DNA from: Plasmodiophora brassicae
Lineage: Eukaryota
Assembly (NCBI GenBank): GCA_036867785.1
Contig: CP145412.1
Coordinates: forward strand, 1,488,001-1,552,000
Direction of reading: 5' to 3'
DNA length: 64,000 nt
How positions within the stretch are numbered: the first letter of the stretch is position 1; each line of letters starts with the position of its first letter. The translations under genes were made by a program, and so were the position numbers. Below the pieces are notes generated by a model. That model saw nothing but the letters and a program-made list of their open reading frames with translations, ran no database searches and had not been told where the DNA came from. Shown here piece after piece: positions 1-13,970 of this stretch.

Positions 1-3000
1 CGCGACGATTCGCACGCTGCTGAAGACGGCGGGTACGCTGGCGGCGGGTCGTCCTCCGTCGGACGAGGCGTCTGACCGTGGCGGATATCAGATAACACCC
101 AGAGGCACCGATGTGTTGCCAAGCTGCTGTATATTCACATGCTGGGGTATCCGACCCATTTCGGGCAAGTGGAATGCCTGAAGCTGATCGCATCGCCCAA
201 CTTCCCTGAGAAGCGCATCGGGTACCTCGGCCTCATGGCCATGGTTGACGAACGCCACGAAGTCCTCATGCTGGTCACAAACTCCATCAAGCAGTAGGAT
301 TCCCGCTGGCCTCGTGTCCACGTCCCTCGACCATTGATCATGCCCGTTAGAGATATGAACAACCCGAACCAGTACGTGCAAGGCCTTGCGCTGTGTGCTC
401 TGGGCAACCTGGCATCTCCGGAAATGTCTCGTATGGGCTTCCGATACGTCATGTGCGGCTCTTCCCTCGCTAACATGTCGGGCAGGGGACCTTCAGGCGG
501 AAGTCGAGAAGATTATCAAATCGTCGACCAACGTGTATGTCCAGAAGAAGGCGTTCCTGGCCGCTCTACGGGGCATTCGTAAAGTGCCCGACCTGCTGAC
601 GAACTACCTGCCGTACGTGAAGCAGGCCCTGACTGACAAGAACCCGTCGATCGTCATTGCTGGGCTTGCGCTGGCAAGCGAGATGGCCTGCGCGAAACCG
701 AAGCTGAAGAAGAAGTTCGCGAAGGTGAGTGCTGGACGTCGACTGCGGTGCTTCGTAATGTGCTAAGTGCTGGAGCAGTACGTCGAGACGCTCGTGAAAG
801 CGCTGAAGAGCCTGATCATGTCGGGGTATTCCCCCGATCGTGACGTCGCCGGCATCAACGACCCGTTCCTCCAAGTTCGTATTATTCGTTTCCTCTGCCT
901 GGTTGGCGAGAACAACGCTGAGGCTAGCGAGGAAATGAACGACGTGCTAGCGCAGGTAGAGGCGTGCACAAAGCACGCTTCGTGTTCGCTGAGTGAAACG
1001 CAGGTCGCGACAAACACGGAATCGTCGAAGAATCCCGGCAATGCGATTCTATATGAATGCGTACGAACGATTATGTCGATTGAGGCGGAGTCGGGTCTTC
1101 GTGTCATGGCGATCAATATCCTCGGGAGGTTCCTGTTGAACCGGGAGAACAATATCCGATATGTCGCATTGAACACGCTGTGCCAATGTGTCAAGCAGAA
1201 CATGCAAGCTGTCCAACGCCACCGTAACACGATCGTGGAGTGTCTGAAGGCGAGTTGCCCGCGTAGCCGCGGTGTCGCACCTGTTTAACTGGACCTTAGG
1301 ACTCGGACGTTTCGATTCGCAACCGAGCACTCGACCTCGTGTACTGTCTGGTCAACAAGTCCAATGTCGAGTCACTCGTCCACGAGCTCATATCGTTTCT
1401 ACAACTGTCTACCAGTGAAAAGGAATTCCGGTCGGACCTCACCAGCCGGGTAGATTTGCTTGCTATATCTAGCGTTGTGTGCCCTTGCCGATACCTGCTT
1501 TCAGATAACCGAGGTTATGGAGGCGTACGCTCCCAGCGCGCACTGGCATATGGAGACTCTCATTCAAGTGTTGGAGAAATCGGGCAGCGTCACGAAATTA
1601 AAAGGTAATCCCTGTCGGTAGTGCAGATCGTTGCCAGGATTCATTTTCTTGCCGCAGTGCCTTACCGACTTGCAATGCTGATAACGGACAATCCGGATTT
1701 GCGAGCGTATACGATCCACAAGCTGTTCGCCAGTCTAAAGAATGATCTGTCCCAGGTCGCTTGACTGTTTGCCCGGTTGTACGGCGTCTAACGATCGCCT
1801 GCCTAGATCCACTTGGTTATCGTCGCACTGTGGGCCATCGGTGAATTCGGAACCCATCTGGTTAGCCAGGAAGGGGTTGCTGCTGCGAATGCCCAAAGCG
1901 GTGAGCCGCAGTCGGCACCTTTCCAACTGGTTGGTGCAACTGCACTGTCCATTCATTTCAGTACTTTAGTGTTTAATACTGGCTGTTAGCACACGGAACA
2001 AGGTGTCGTCGATCGCGTCTACGCGTGTATAAACGAACCCGTGGCTGTCATTAAGCAGTACGCGCTAGTCACGCTCCTGAAGCTGGCTTCCAAATTCAGC
2101 CCAGCTTCGTTGGCGAAATGCCAGTCGATTCTGTCTGAGTACAAATCCAACATCAACACGGAGCTGCAGGTAAATACGTACATTCCCACATCGTACGACA
2201 TAGGTCGTGATCAGTGGCACAGGCACGAGCATGCGAGTTTGATAGCTTCCTCGCCCCGGAGTTCGCTTCCTTGCATGAGTCGGTTCTTGCTCCCATGCCG
2301 CCTGTTGTCAAGAGGCCTGTTGCAGGTACCCCGGCATATCCTCATCAGTGCTGCTGCTGCTGCTGCTTTGTTACTCACTATTCGGATTCAGATGTGTTTG
2401 CAAGTGTTGCAGGAAACGATAAAGAAGACGACGTGGAAGAGGTAATTACTCGTTGTCTTGAATTCACTACCTGGTCTTACACGAATTCAGCCTAAAGAGA
2501 CGCCTCCTGGTGTCAAAGAAGGAACGACGACTACTACTGCACCTCTTGACCTGCTAGGGATCGGCTCAGGTTTGGCACCTACGACGGCAACTCAGCCTGC
2601 AGTGGCAACTGTCGACCTGCTAGCCGACCTATTCGGTGCGCCATCGCCTACCGCTGCCACCAGCAGTACGTTCGATATATTCAGCGCGGACGACCCGAAA
2701 CTTGCCGCGTCAGTTGACGTTGACATCCAGTCCCTTCCTCGTTGTCTGATTTGGATCACGTTAGGCAATCGTTTGCTGATTTGGAGGCTTTCAACCAGTC
2801 GGGCGTCAAAACTGTCTTCAGTTTCGAACCGGTCAAATGCCCAGGCGTTTTCCGTATCACAGCTACTTTCACGAGCTCGAGGGACGACACGATATCGCAG
2901 TTTGAATTCAAGGCTGCTGTTCCCAAGGTTGCCTCAGCCAAAGTCGTTGCTTTCATCCACGGCTAACACTTCTCTGTCAGTACATTCGCATTCGACTCAA

Positions 3001-3178
3001 TGCAGCGAGTTCGACGACGCTAGCACCTGGAGGACCTCCTGTCGTCCAGCAAATCGAAGTGAACAACTCCATGCCGGAGAAGCCCTTGCTCATGAAGATC
3101 AAGATCGATGGCAAGCTGCCTGGTGACGTCCAGTTCAGTGAAGCAGGTCAGGTTTCCAACTTCCCTCCCGGTCTGTAA
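1..3178 (+). CDS. AP1G: AP-1 adaptor complex gamma subunit (gamma-adaptin), multi-exon, 5' end outside the window
   Basis: Spliced exons give [76 protein letters not shown] and a C-terminal ear domain (FEFKAAVPK ... VSNFPPGL*). Stop TAA at 3176-3178. Introns are about 48-60 nt. Confidence 0.95.
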
Positions 3179-3279
3179 ATTACCCCCCGGTTGTCCAACC
3201 CTAACAAAGTTCACGATCACTTCTGCCCCGCGTGGTGCCACAGTGATTCAATAGGAACCGCCCGGAGATACGGGCACGT

Positions 3280-6200
3280 TTATGAAACGTCTTCAACTTG
3301 TTCCCTGGCGAAGTTGACGAATATATGGTCCAATGTCGTCTGCGACATTGAGTAATCCCGAATTCGATATCGGCCACGTTGTCGCTCAAGGAACGCGAAA
3401 ACCGCGCCGACCTGCACCCCAGACAGTCCTGGCAAACGAAACCGCAGACGCGATCCGTATCTCTCCACCAGCTCGCAACCCGGGAAGGCTGCTTCAAACT
3501 CTTGCAGGAAGATGGCACCCTCGCCTTCCTCGACGGTGAGGTCCACCTACGCTGCGTGTCACCATTACGTGAACACCGAGATTGTTCTCGACCCGACCTG
3601 ATACGCATCCCCAAACTTGTGCTTGATATGTTGAGATGTGCCGATGCATTGTAGCGATCCATTCACCATGATGGATAGACGCGTACACATTTCGTCGGCC
3701 TCACCTGAACCGCTTCCAGTCATCATCCCCATCCCCCAATGCAAGAGTACCACGTCGTACTCATCGAGTGGGTTGTCAGCAGAGTGGTTCTTGCATCACG
3801 ACAGGCATTGACGAGCTGGCGCAGGCGTCGGCGAGAATGAGGATCGAGGCCGCTGCAAACGATGTGAGCTCCGAACAAACAAGCAGAGCACGAAATGCTG
3901 CGCACGTTGACGGTTCGTCGAGAAGAAGTATGCGATTCGCGCCAATCAGGGCAATCCCCATGCTCAGTTTCCGCTTGTTCCCGCCGCTGTACGACGACGC
4001 GATCCGATCTGCGAACTCTCCCAGACCGAGGTCGTTGACAAGTTGTTGAACGGCGGCATCAAGTACTTCCTGCTTCACGCCCTGTGGTCCAAATTAAAAC
4101 AGATCGGATATGCCAATCAATGAGAAGCACCTTTAGGCAGGCGAAGAATCGCAGGTGTTCACGTCCAGTAAGGTGGTCGATGAGGGCGTCGCTTTGAGGG
4201 ACGAACCCCAACACCTGGGTCACGAACCTCAGGTACAGGGCCAATGTGCACGCAATGAATACAGTACCAACCTTATGAATTTCGTCGCTCTCCTTAACAA
4301 GGTCTTTGCCATCGATGCGGGCCCTCCCGCCAGTCGGAATGAGTTCTCCAATCAGGCATTTGATAGTGGTCGATTTTCCTTCCAAGGACTCAACAAGCTG
4401 AATTTGATGATTGGTAAAACGTCAGCAACCTACCAGCGCCGTTAGGGCCGAGCAGACCAAATATCTCCCCATTCTTAATCCCGAAACTTATGCTTCGTAC
4501 GGCGACCTTTTCTCCAAACCGCATCGACAGCTGGTCAACACAGTCACGATACATACTACGGTCGTGGTATCCCTCCCGAACCGCTTCTCTGCAACCAACA
4601 TATCAGCCAAATGTGCTCGCGTGACATACAATGACCAAACATACCTTTCGCGCGCCACATCATCGTCAACAGCATCAGGAACGATTGCAAAAGTAGACGG
4701 TGTCCCACCAGGCAAAGCGCTAACAGGAACCCGTCAGGGGCGAATGGACAAGTCGACCTGGAACGTACGACTGGAAGCGACGCCAGCCGAGGATCAGTTG
4801 TGTTCGAACTCGGCCAGATTCCAGAAGAACGGCGACTCCGAACCAGAGGCCAGCAGCAACGCACGTCGCCAGGTACAGAGATGGTAACGAAGGCAGCGAA
4901 TCACCTCTGAAATGCGTCAGAACTGACATCACCGATATAATTGGTGACACCGTTACGCGTCAAACGCTCCGCTGCTCAACGTAAGCGACCAAAGCATGGT
5001 AAAGTTTGGCGCCAATGAAAGCAGAATTGCATCCGCCCATCCCAGGACGAGTACATGGCTAACGGGGCCTAGAAAGATGATCACAAGCAAGGCCAAAGCA
5101 CCCTGTAGCGTGGTCGTGAGACACATCAGCGGTAGACCTAAATGAGAACATACCGCGATGTAAACTGCTGAAGCGACAGACGTATAGGCGGACACACTTG
5201 ACATGGCGGCGGTCAAGAACCTTGATGTACCGAATAAGACCATGGTGCTTCGTTTGAGATGCACTGACGTACGCGTTGAACGATAGAACGTTAAGGGCGT
5301 TGACGAAGAATCCGAGAAAGATATCAATCCCATGGTCGTGTAACAAACGCCGGGACGATGACAGATATAGCATACAGAACATCATCACGACAGGGACGAG
5401 GTAGAGAATGGTGTCCATCAGGATTCTGTCAGCAATGTTAGGGTGGAAACGCACTGCTGAGCAGTAAAACCAAGATACGACCTCGCGGACCAGAACAAGA
5501 CGGGCGATAAACCCATCGCAGACATTAGGTGTCGAGACCCACTTGCCTTCTGTCGAAGGACGGATATCCCGAACCCTATTGGGACGTATGCAAATCCTGA
5601 TATCGCGGGAACACAATAAGCGTCGCGTGACCATCGAGAGCCTCGACAGCGTTCGTACCAATTCCCAGCAAGAAAGGAAGCTCAAACGGAGGCGCGTTAT
5701 CCGACACCGCCGATGGCTGGTGCTTATAAAATGGGAACGGGTCAGAAACGGTTTCGAGAGACAGCGTGTCACTCCCAGTGAGGCCCCCATTGACAACAAT
5801 GGAGAGGGCCGCTGGAAGTGCATGCAGGGAACTGCAGTTGTGCCAGACATCAACAGCGCGCGAAGTGCCAATGCCACCATCAATGGCCACAGTCGTTGAC
5901 ACAGTTCTTGGATCAAGCAGCGTCGACAACAGCGCGTCGCTATCAGCGATAGACATGGGTCGAAGGTTGACATTCGACAATGCACCGTCAAAGGCGTGCG
6001 AAGTAACAGGAACATCTAAGGCAGCACAGGGTCAACACTGACGTTGCACGATTCTCTCCCGAGCGTACCACCGCTTACCGGCGCTGGTAAAAATGGATGC
6101 GTTCGAAAACGATAACAAAGGATTGCTGACAACTGATGGGCCCGACCCTGCACTCGGAAACGACAAGACAGTCTCCTTCGAGATGATGAGGATGCCGACA

Positions 6201-9200
6201 TAAATCAGAGGTAGAACGATTTGGTACACCAGGGCACGGAAGTCGCGCCAGTAGATAAGAACGAAGATGCGCAAGAGTGCTAAAGCGCGGGTTCTCAGAA
6301 GAGGTTTCACGTCGGCAGGTACCCGGGATGATGCCGGGCCTGGCGAGCTGTCAGCATGTTCGCTAGCAGCATCAACCGAAGAAGTATCAGTCAGTCGAAA
6401 GAACACCTAACCACGAGTGAGCGAACAAAGCAACGAGCCAGGCAATTTACAGCGACACACTTCTTCAAGCGATGTCAACGATACACCGAACGAGGTAATT
6501 CCCAGATCATTGCGACAGGAGTCGAGAGTTGCGAAGAGTTGTGGAAACTTTGGCGCATCAGTGATCGGCAAGGTGAACGACAGTTGTTCGGCGAACTGTG
6601 ATCGCACATTGCCGCCTAACACTCTGAATAAGATTTGCGGTTCAAAAGGAGTGACAAACCAGGATAATACGAGGAATGACGTGAGCAACAGAGTCCCTGA
6701 TCGCGTCCGGATTAGCAGTAGATGCATGTGCGACAGAAAGCGTGTATCCGATGCCGAACTGACGCTTGAGATCGGAAGGAGATCCTTGAGCGGCAACTTT
6801 GCCGTGTTGTAAGAGGACGATCCGATCAGCAAGCAGATCGGCTTCGTCCATTGAACTGTTACAACGATGGTCAGATGGAGGAGGCCTAACGCGACGCACA
6901 ATACCCACTGGGTCGTCAGGACGACGTAACGGCCAGCTTTATAGGACTGAAGTGTATCCCAGGTCTGTCGACGAGAGAGTGGGTCAAGTCCGGAAGAGGG
7001 CTCATCAAGAAAGACAAGCAGCGGGTCTCCGATCTGCCAAACCAAGTAATTATCGATCGGTTATGGCAACACGCGCCAGTAAATAATGAATACTAGTGCC
7101 ATTGCCAGGCTGAGTTTCCGTTTCTGTCCACCACTCAGGACGCTGCCCTTCGTTTCAGCAAACTCTTCCAGTCCATAGCGCGCAACGAGGGTATCGGGAT
7201 CGGCAGGGCTGACGTCCTTTAGGCCAATGACGAGAACAATATGCTCTCGCGTTGTCAGCTCGGGGAACAGGATATCTCTACAACCGTAAATAAGCATGCG
7301 ACGTAGAGTACACCAGGCGTACGCACGTTTGAGGGCACATCCCGATGCCGAATCGATCTCGTACATAATCCATTGACCGCATCTAGCGACAATCGTCAGC
7401 ACGGGTAGAGAGAACGATGCTAACTGTTACAAGATCGACTGATCGACTCATTATAGCCGACCCCGAGTCACACTGCATCAGCCCCGTTAACATCGACAGC
7501 GTGGTTGTTTTCCCTGCGGTTCAACCGTAAGAACGTGGGCGAAGAAATAGCCGGTCGAGATATCCACCTGCTCCATTGTGCCCAAGTAGGCATGTGATTT
7601 GGCTACACTGAATGTCGAGATCAAGACTGTCGACAGCAACGACCCCTTGTTTGCTACATCCAATGGGAATTTGTGAGTAGAACAAGGAGCGCGAGTCGAA
7701 CTACCCTGAGAACCAGGACCCCGGAAACGACTTCCTCAGTCCTCGAATGGAGATGGTGCTGTCAGCTAATGCCGGTGCAGGATTACGAGCGCCAAGTTCG
7801 CTGTCGATGACTTCGGTACCATCGTCACCTAGGTAGGTAGTGGACATTATGAAACGCACAACCGTCAGCGAGCGGTCAGTGAGCATACCCATCAACGGAG
7901 CCAAAGATACGTCGGATCGCGCTCGTTCACGAAGCCTTGGACTTTCGAAGTACTCTCGCAGAGCAGTGACTGGGAACGTCCACGGCTGGCGGATGCCAAA
8001 TTTCTGGAGAACTGTCAAAAGCCATTACCTTGTCAACGGCAGGACAAACTTACACTGGGCAGCACACGATCCAAATACAGCGCCAGGATGAAAACGATGA
8101 CCGAAAACACGACCATCAGCAGCGGACAGACAACTAAAGAGCTTCCGCCGTCACTCGCAGAACTGGCAACATTCAGCAGTTGCCTGAAACCGCGGTCGAA
8201 GGCGATAGGAGGGGAGAAGAATGCAGACCACTGTATGAACGTTTAGGCCAGAGCATCGCCAGCATAATGAAGCGTTTGACAGTACAAAGGAATCAGCAGA
8301 CATGAAGAACTTCGGCGAGTAGATCAGCAAGATGGCTAGGCCGCCGACTTGGGCGGCCAGTTTCGCATTCGAAAAGAAACAGGACATCAGGAACGCCAAT
8401 GCCAGAAGCGATTGACAGAAGCAAACAATCAATAAGAGAAGTTCCGGCATGAATTTGCTCGGAAGTAGGCCGGTACGCAGGACCGCATATGCAATGAACA
8501 TGGATGACACGGACGTTATCGCCGCATACGTCACCAGCCACGATACCCACAGGGCTATTCACGGCGCCGTCAGACGCAGATACAGTCCAAGTGACCAGTA
8601 AAGAAACAAACCCAACGTGGAGATGCCCATGATTTTTAACGCCTCCCGTACCCTGCTCTCTTTCTCTTGGACGAGAACAAACAGAAGTTTGCTGGTAAAG
8701 CCAACGAAGCCGCTGACCAAATACAACCCTGCCGAGTGGTTCAGTTCGGGCACGCCTCGTCCGTCATGCGAACCGAACCTCCAATGCCATTCATCAGATC
8801 GATGAACGGGTCGACAGTAAGTTTTCGCGTCGGGTAAGCTCTCGAGCGTATTACGCTGGGAATGCCAGTGCGTCCATGCCCAAGCACATACGCGACAGAT
8901 TCACTGACAACGGCCTAATGTACTCAAGAGGTCATAACTCCCGCACGAGGTAAATGCTCCCATGATACCTGCAGAGACAGGAACAAGGAATCGGTATAGT
9001 AGGTGCATTGGAACACATCTCCCCCGGACGACATGGGGTTCGTAGTCGACGGGATCGCCGAGCCGTTCATACGGATCGCCATTCGCCAGCGTGCAGCGGT
9101 GGGAGATGCCAGTACGACTCCAGCATACACCTTGCATGGAATTCAGAGGGTGCCCACTGGCGGAAGCATTACCCTACAGTGTTATCGTGATACGCGCGTA

Positions 9201-9648
9201 ACAGAACATCTTCAGACGGAACTAACTCCAGCGATTGTGCCTGGCTGAACTTCGTCCGGCAACGGTCCACAACTTGTTGGAGCATCTGGCGACGACGCGA
9301 GGATTAGTAATCGGGAGAAGCGAACCCGAACTAGCAGTCCGGCAGTACAGGGATGGGAACAGGGTGCGTTGCAGACGGTGCAAACAGAATCCGCAGGCCT
9401 CGGGACTGCGCCAGAATGTCGTCGATACCGGGGGCGGCCATCGTAGACGTCTGGGCATGGGTCATTGGATAGTCCGGGATTTCAGGGACAGCGACCGGCG
9501 GCAGCATGCCGCGCATCATGCCGATCAGGCCGACGAACAGCAGCGGCATGGCGATCTCGAGGATCGTCTCGCGTCGTCGCCTCCATTTCGTCAGCAGGTT
9601 CCGCCACAGGAACACGCGCAGCTGACGCCGGAACGACTGCCGCGTCAT
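3280..9648 (-). CDS. ABCA-subfamily full-size ABC transporter, multi-exon
   Basis: N-terminus [28 protein letters not shown] and [18 protein letters not shown]1 has [18 protein letters not shown] and [13 protein letters not shown]2 has [15 protein letters not shown] and LLLDEPST. C-terminus is [16 protein letters not shown]. Confidence 0.93.
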
Positions 9649-10071
9649 TGCGCACGCGCGGTCACCACCACTGCTGCTGCTGCTGCCGCCTCCTCCGTGG
9701 ACAACTGTCCTAAAACGTACCCGTCCTGTGCCGTCGTTCGGCCTTCGGGACTGCGGCGGCAATTCCGCATTCCGCGTTCGATTGCGCTCGGCGTCGTCGT
9801 CGTCGTCGTCGTCGGTCGGCGGCGGCGGCGGCAGCGCGGCCCAATCGAACACGGCGACGGCGGATGGAGATCAATATGGCCGGATGCACTGTCGAGGATT
9901 GCAGTGGGTTCGAAGCGATCTCCTAGAGCGTTCCCCATTGCCGTCGGAACAACCCGGTCGGTTCGAGTCTGACGACCGGGCTACACCTCGGCGAACATTA
10001 CATGCGTCGGTTGTAAGTTTATTAATGTATTCGTTTCGAACGCTGTCTCCTCGGGTGGGTAACATCGCCAA

Positions 10072-10611
10072 CTACTTGTGGAACCTTGGCAGTGTTCGCT
10101 TCGCTAGATTCTGCTGCTCGAGGGCGTACTCGTGGAAGCACCACGTGTAGTAGAGAATAACCACGTGGACGATGACGACGATGATCTACACCAGCGTTCG
10201 TCAGCACTTGAACCAATCACGGTCGGGTCAGTCGTCTCACCTGTGCCCAGAAGAAGCTCAAGGCCATCTCGGCAACGGCGAGTGCAATCCCGACCAGCTC
10301 GGCAACGCTGACCAGCGATGTACCGATTGGGCTCTGGGTCCAGATGGCGATCAGGATCAGCGCGCCTGTGGCCCCGCCACGCTTAGGCCTGCGTCACACA
10401 TCTGCCCGGTGCGATTGGCGTTACCGCTGATGAACCAGACCACGGTCTCGATCACTTCGACCGCCTTGAACGCCGCGTCCTGGTCGAACGTGATGGGGAC
10501 TCCGGCGGGCACGATTCTCCACACGATCCATATGGCGCTAGCTAGAATGGAGAGGCATCTGCCGTCGCCCAAATCAGATCGGACCTGACGATCAGGCAGC
10601 CCCCCAATCAT
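10072..10611 (-). CDS. small multi-pass membrane protein of unknown function (about 3 exons; start uncertain)
   Basis: Hydrophobic exons AIWIVWRIV..VVWFISG, ALILIAIW..LAVAEMALSFFWAQ and IIVVIVHVVILYYTWCF..FHK* are joined by short GT-AG introns. Confidence 0.5.
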
Positions 10612-10825
10612 ACCCCCAGATTTGGAACTCGCGCGTTAGGCTCCCACATATGCCTTCGGTGCGTACCGCCATCCTTAACGACAACGCCCTGGTCGCTCGA
10701 GTTTAACGTGCGCCTTTGAGTGGCCAGCGACACGTGCCTCTGGGGTAGCACAATCGGGGCGCGTGCCACTGGATAAGCACCGCGTTCACATATCTCGCCG
10801 CTGTTTGCAATAGTACTGGAACAGT

Positions 10826-12511
10826 TTATCGGAAGTCGCCCTGTGCCGAATGAAGCGACTGCAGGACAGGGCACAGGGCTTCGATGGCGTCCTCGAATTT
10901 GCACTGGGCCTCGGATGCATCCAGGTCGATGTCGGCCCGCAGGACCGCAACATCATCGTCCACATCGCCGTCGCCTTTGGCAGCTCGCCGGACGGCATCG
11001 ATGGTCTGTTCCGTCGCGTGGTGAAGATCGCCGAGGAATCGCTGAAACAGTGCCCGAAGCTCGACGGCCACATTGACGGCGTCCACCGACCCTACCCAGG
11101 TTCCCGATTCCGCGTCCAGGTCTTGGACGACGCGCACTGATAATACAGCCAGGCTTCGTGTGCATGCAACGTGAGCGCGAGCACACAGATCGGTTATATC
11201 CGACTTGCACGGCTGGACATGAGCCTGCAGGACGGATCTGTGCCAGGTGGCCCACAGGTCCAGCGTCCTCGCGAGGCGCTCCGTCAAGGATGAAGACGTG
11301 ACCGGATCGTGCTTGGCGGCCAGGTCGTCCAGAACGTCCTTGATGGTCGACGTCGCGTCGCGATCGATACCACTGCTGCCTTGCGACAGTGACCGTTGCA
11401 CTTGGAGGAACCCGTCACGCCCGCGCGCGTCCAGCGCCCGCATCGCCTCGGCGCCGCCAAACTCCTCGAACGTGCGATCAAAGTCGACTTGCACGCATGC
11501 GGAACGAACATCGGGGAACAGGGAATCATCCGGCTGCTGCTCGACGCCTCGACGAAGCGGCGATTCAGCATCCAGGGTTGACGGCATAGATCCTGAAACG
11601 TTGGGCCTCCGCTGCGGTTCGTCGGGTCGTCCACAGGCGCCCGGCTGAGCAGACGGACTCGGCGGGTGATGCATGTCGTCCAGGAACGCATCGATGAGGT
11701 CGCCTTCGTCAGGCAACTGAATATCGTCAAACGTGGCACCTCGAGCAGGCGATTCGGGGACGCTGGCGCTCAGTGATGCCAGCGGCGACGAAGGCGGAGA
11801 TGGTTCACGTGCAGGGGCCGCCGGTGACGCCCGAGCCATACCAGAAATCTCTTGCCCGCTCTCGGCCGCCAACGTCGTGATATCGGGCAGCGCGTCTGAG
11901 AACCAGCCTGTCGGCGTATCCATAACAGTTGGATGGTCAGGCGCCGACGGGGACGACACATTAACAGCCGTTGGTGATCTGGCAGCTGTGGGAGGTGGCA
12001 CATTCAGAGATGACGCCTCGTTTACGGTTGGCGACGATGGAGATGGGCGCGAGTGGACGTCAGAGGCAGTCGGTGAGGGGGAATTCGGCTGTGGGAATTC
12101 CTGCGGCTTCTTGACCTTGTCGATGACCTCCGTTGCAACTTGCAGAAGTTCCCGCCCGGACTGACCAGCCGTGGTCTTGACATCGTCCAGGACGGCCGCG
12201 ACAGATTTCAACCATTTCGGACCGTCCGCCTGCGACACGGTCGGCGCCGCTGGACGTCGATCTTCCGGGGCCAGAATCATATCGGCGGCGGACGACAACC
12301 AGCCACCCCAGCCGCCTCCAGACGACGATGCCGTGCGATGGTGCTCGTCCTGCGGGGACGGCGACGACGACGGCGACGACACCGGCAACGCTGTCGGCAA
12401 CGGAGACAACGGTGGCGCGGACGTCACCGGTTCAGGTGCGGACACGATCGCATCATCCTCCTTGACGCCATCGTCCCAGAAATCGTCGTTCCAGTCGACG
12501 TCGTCGCCCAT
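10826..12511 (-). CDS. FAM114A-like protein with a Pro/Ser-rich N-terminal half
   Basis: Long uninterrupted ORF. The GGGWGGWLSSA and VDFDRTFEEFGGAEAMRAL segments resemble FAM114 family motifs, followed by a helical C-terminus. ATG at 12511 was chosen as the start. Confidence 0.6.
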   Translation of the reverse strand: MGDDVDWNDDFWDDGVKEDDAIVSAPEPVTSAPPLSPLPTALPVSSPSSSPSPQDEHHRTASSSGGGWGGWLSSAADMILAPEDRRPAAPTVSQADGPKWLKSVAAVLDDVKTTAGQSGRELLQVATEVIDKVKKPQEFPQPNSPSPTASDVHSRPSPSSPTVNEASSLNVPPPTAARSPTAVNVSSPSAPDHPTVMDTPTGWFSDALPDITTLAAESGQEISGMARASPAAPAREPSPPSSPLASLSASVPESPARGATFDDIQLPDEGDLIDAFLDDMHHPPSPSAQPGACGRPDEPQRRPNVSGSMPSTLDAESPLRRGVEQQPDDSLFPDVRSACVQVDFDRTFEEFGGAEAMRALDARGRDGFLQVQRSLSQGSSGIDRDATSTIKDVLDDLAAKHDPVTSSSLTERLARTLDLWATWHRSVLQAHVQPCKSDITDLCARAHVACTRSLAVLSVRVVQDLDAESGTWVGSVDAVNVAVELRALFQRFLGDLHHATEQTIDAVRRAAKGDGDVDDDVAVLRADIDLDASEAQCKFEDAIEALCPVLQSLHSAQGDFR

Positions 12512-13402
12512 TCCCAGTAGCGGGTTCGGATTCGGCAAAACCTGCGCGGTCTGCAGCAGGACGCCCAAAAATTAATGCGCCATCTGGTCACACGTCATCG
12601 CACGTTCTCGAAGGCCTGCGAGTTGGGTCGCGAAATCTCAAGGACACTGTCCGCAATGCCCGGGGTGGACGAGAACCATCACAGTTTATCTCCGACCACT
12701 GACCTCCCTTGTGCTGGGCATACCAGCGGATCGATACGGCAGCGCGGTTCTCGGATAGTTTGTGAGTTTTTCGCAGGTGTTCCGCCGTCATGTTCCCATC
12801 CACACGCAGGACACGGTGTCGTCGTGCCTGTAGTCGTGGTCGGCTTCTCGAACACAACGGCGCCTTGGTGAGGATGCAGGACCTGGCTGGATGGCGCGGC
12901 CCGGCCTGAGCTGGACGACGTTTGCGAATAGACGTATATTTTACCAAACCCGACCATGTGGAACGCTTCACGGCTACGGCCTCCCTCGTGTTTGATGCCC
13001 GACCTCTTGGGAAGCGTACCAAGACTGCAAGTGTCGAGCGCATCATAGATGAGGTCATTCGATATCCAGGTTGGCATGCACGGCGTCACCGGCGACAGCA
13101 TTGCTCGGGGATCAGAGCTGGGCGCAGCGTTCGCAAACGATGGACCAGCTCCTGGATACCAAAGGCGGCATAGAAGGTGTCCTCGTCATTGCCATCGGGG
13201 CCGCCGGAACTCATCTCGACATCGTCGGTGGCGAGAGTCAGGGCCGGAAACGCCTCAGAACGGCTTTCAGGAGCGCCATTGCCGCAATGGCACGCCGGAT
13301 GAGTAGACAGGTCTAATTTGGGGTCACCGCATACTCGGCCAAAGACAAACAGTAGAAATCCACGAAATAACGGTCACTTTGATGTGCAGTACGGAACGAT
13401 AA

Positions 13403-13473
13403 CTTCTTCCAGTTCTTGGCGCAGCTGCGGAACGAGTTCGTCTGGGCGGCGGACGAGCCGATCTTCGTTAGCC
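13403..13473. repeat. perfect 71-bp inverted copy of 14458-14528
   Basis: CTTCTTCCAGTTCTTGGCGCAGCTGCGGAACGAGTTCGTCTGGGCGGCGGACGAGCCGATCTTCGTTAGCC is the exact reverse complement of 14458-14528. Confidence 0.95.
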
Positions 13474-13970
13474 ACTCATTTTATTCGTTATTTTCAGACG
13501 CGATTAAGAGGGCGCTGCGGGACGTTGTACGTATTCGACCGCGCCTGCCCGTAATGCCACCGATATTCATACATAACGCAATGATGGAACACATGATGTT
13601 AACGTTGTCGTTGCGTACCATTGAGGCCAGCTGGACGCAAAGGCACTCCTTGATAATGGGCCCTTAATCAAACGCAATGTAAGTAATCGGGTCGTCAGAA
13701 CCATCGAATACGTACCGCGTCTGGCAGCGCCCCAGGTTGGCGGATTTCCGCATCGTTTGCGACCATCCTGCGACTGCACAACCCGTACCGCCTGAGCAGG
13801 CACGGTGCCACGCCTTTCGCGGTGCCGGCTCGGTATAGGTCCCACCATTCACCAACGCACCTTTCTCTCCCGCCCCGAGGGTGCTTCTCCACCACACGAT
13901 TGCCGAATGCTGCCCGACGCTCCTCCTCCACCACACATTGACAAAGGTGGTGCGCGATCCAAATTCCGAT

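Noticed and set aside
9649-9852. N-terminal extension of ABCA with poly-Pro/poly-Asp
   Set aside because: It needs a non-ATG start and consists of GTC/GGC/CTG microsatellites, so it is more likely UTR or promoter.
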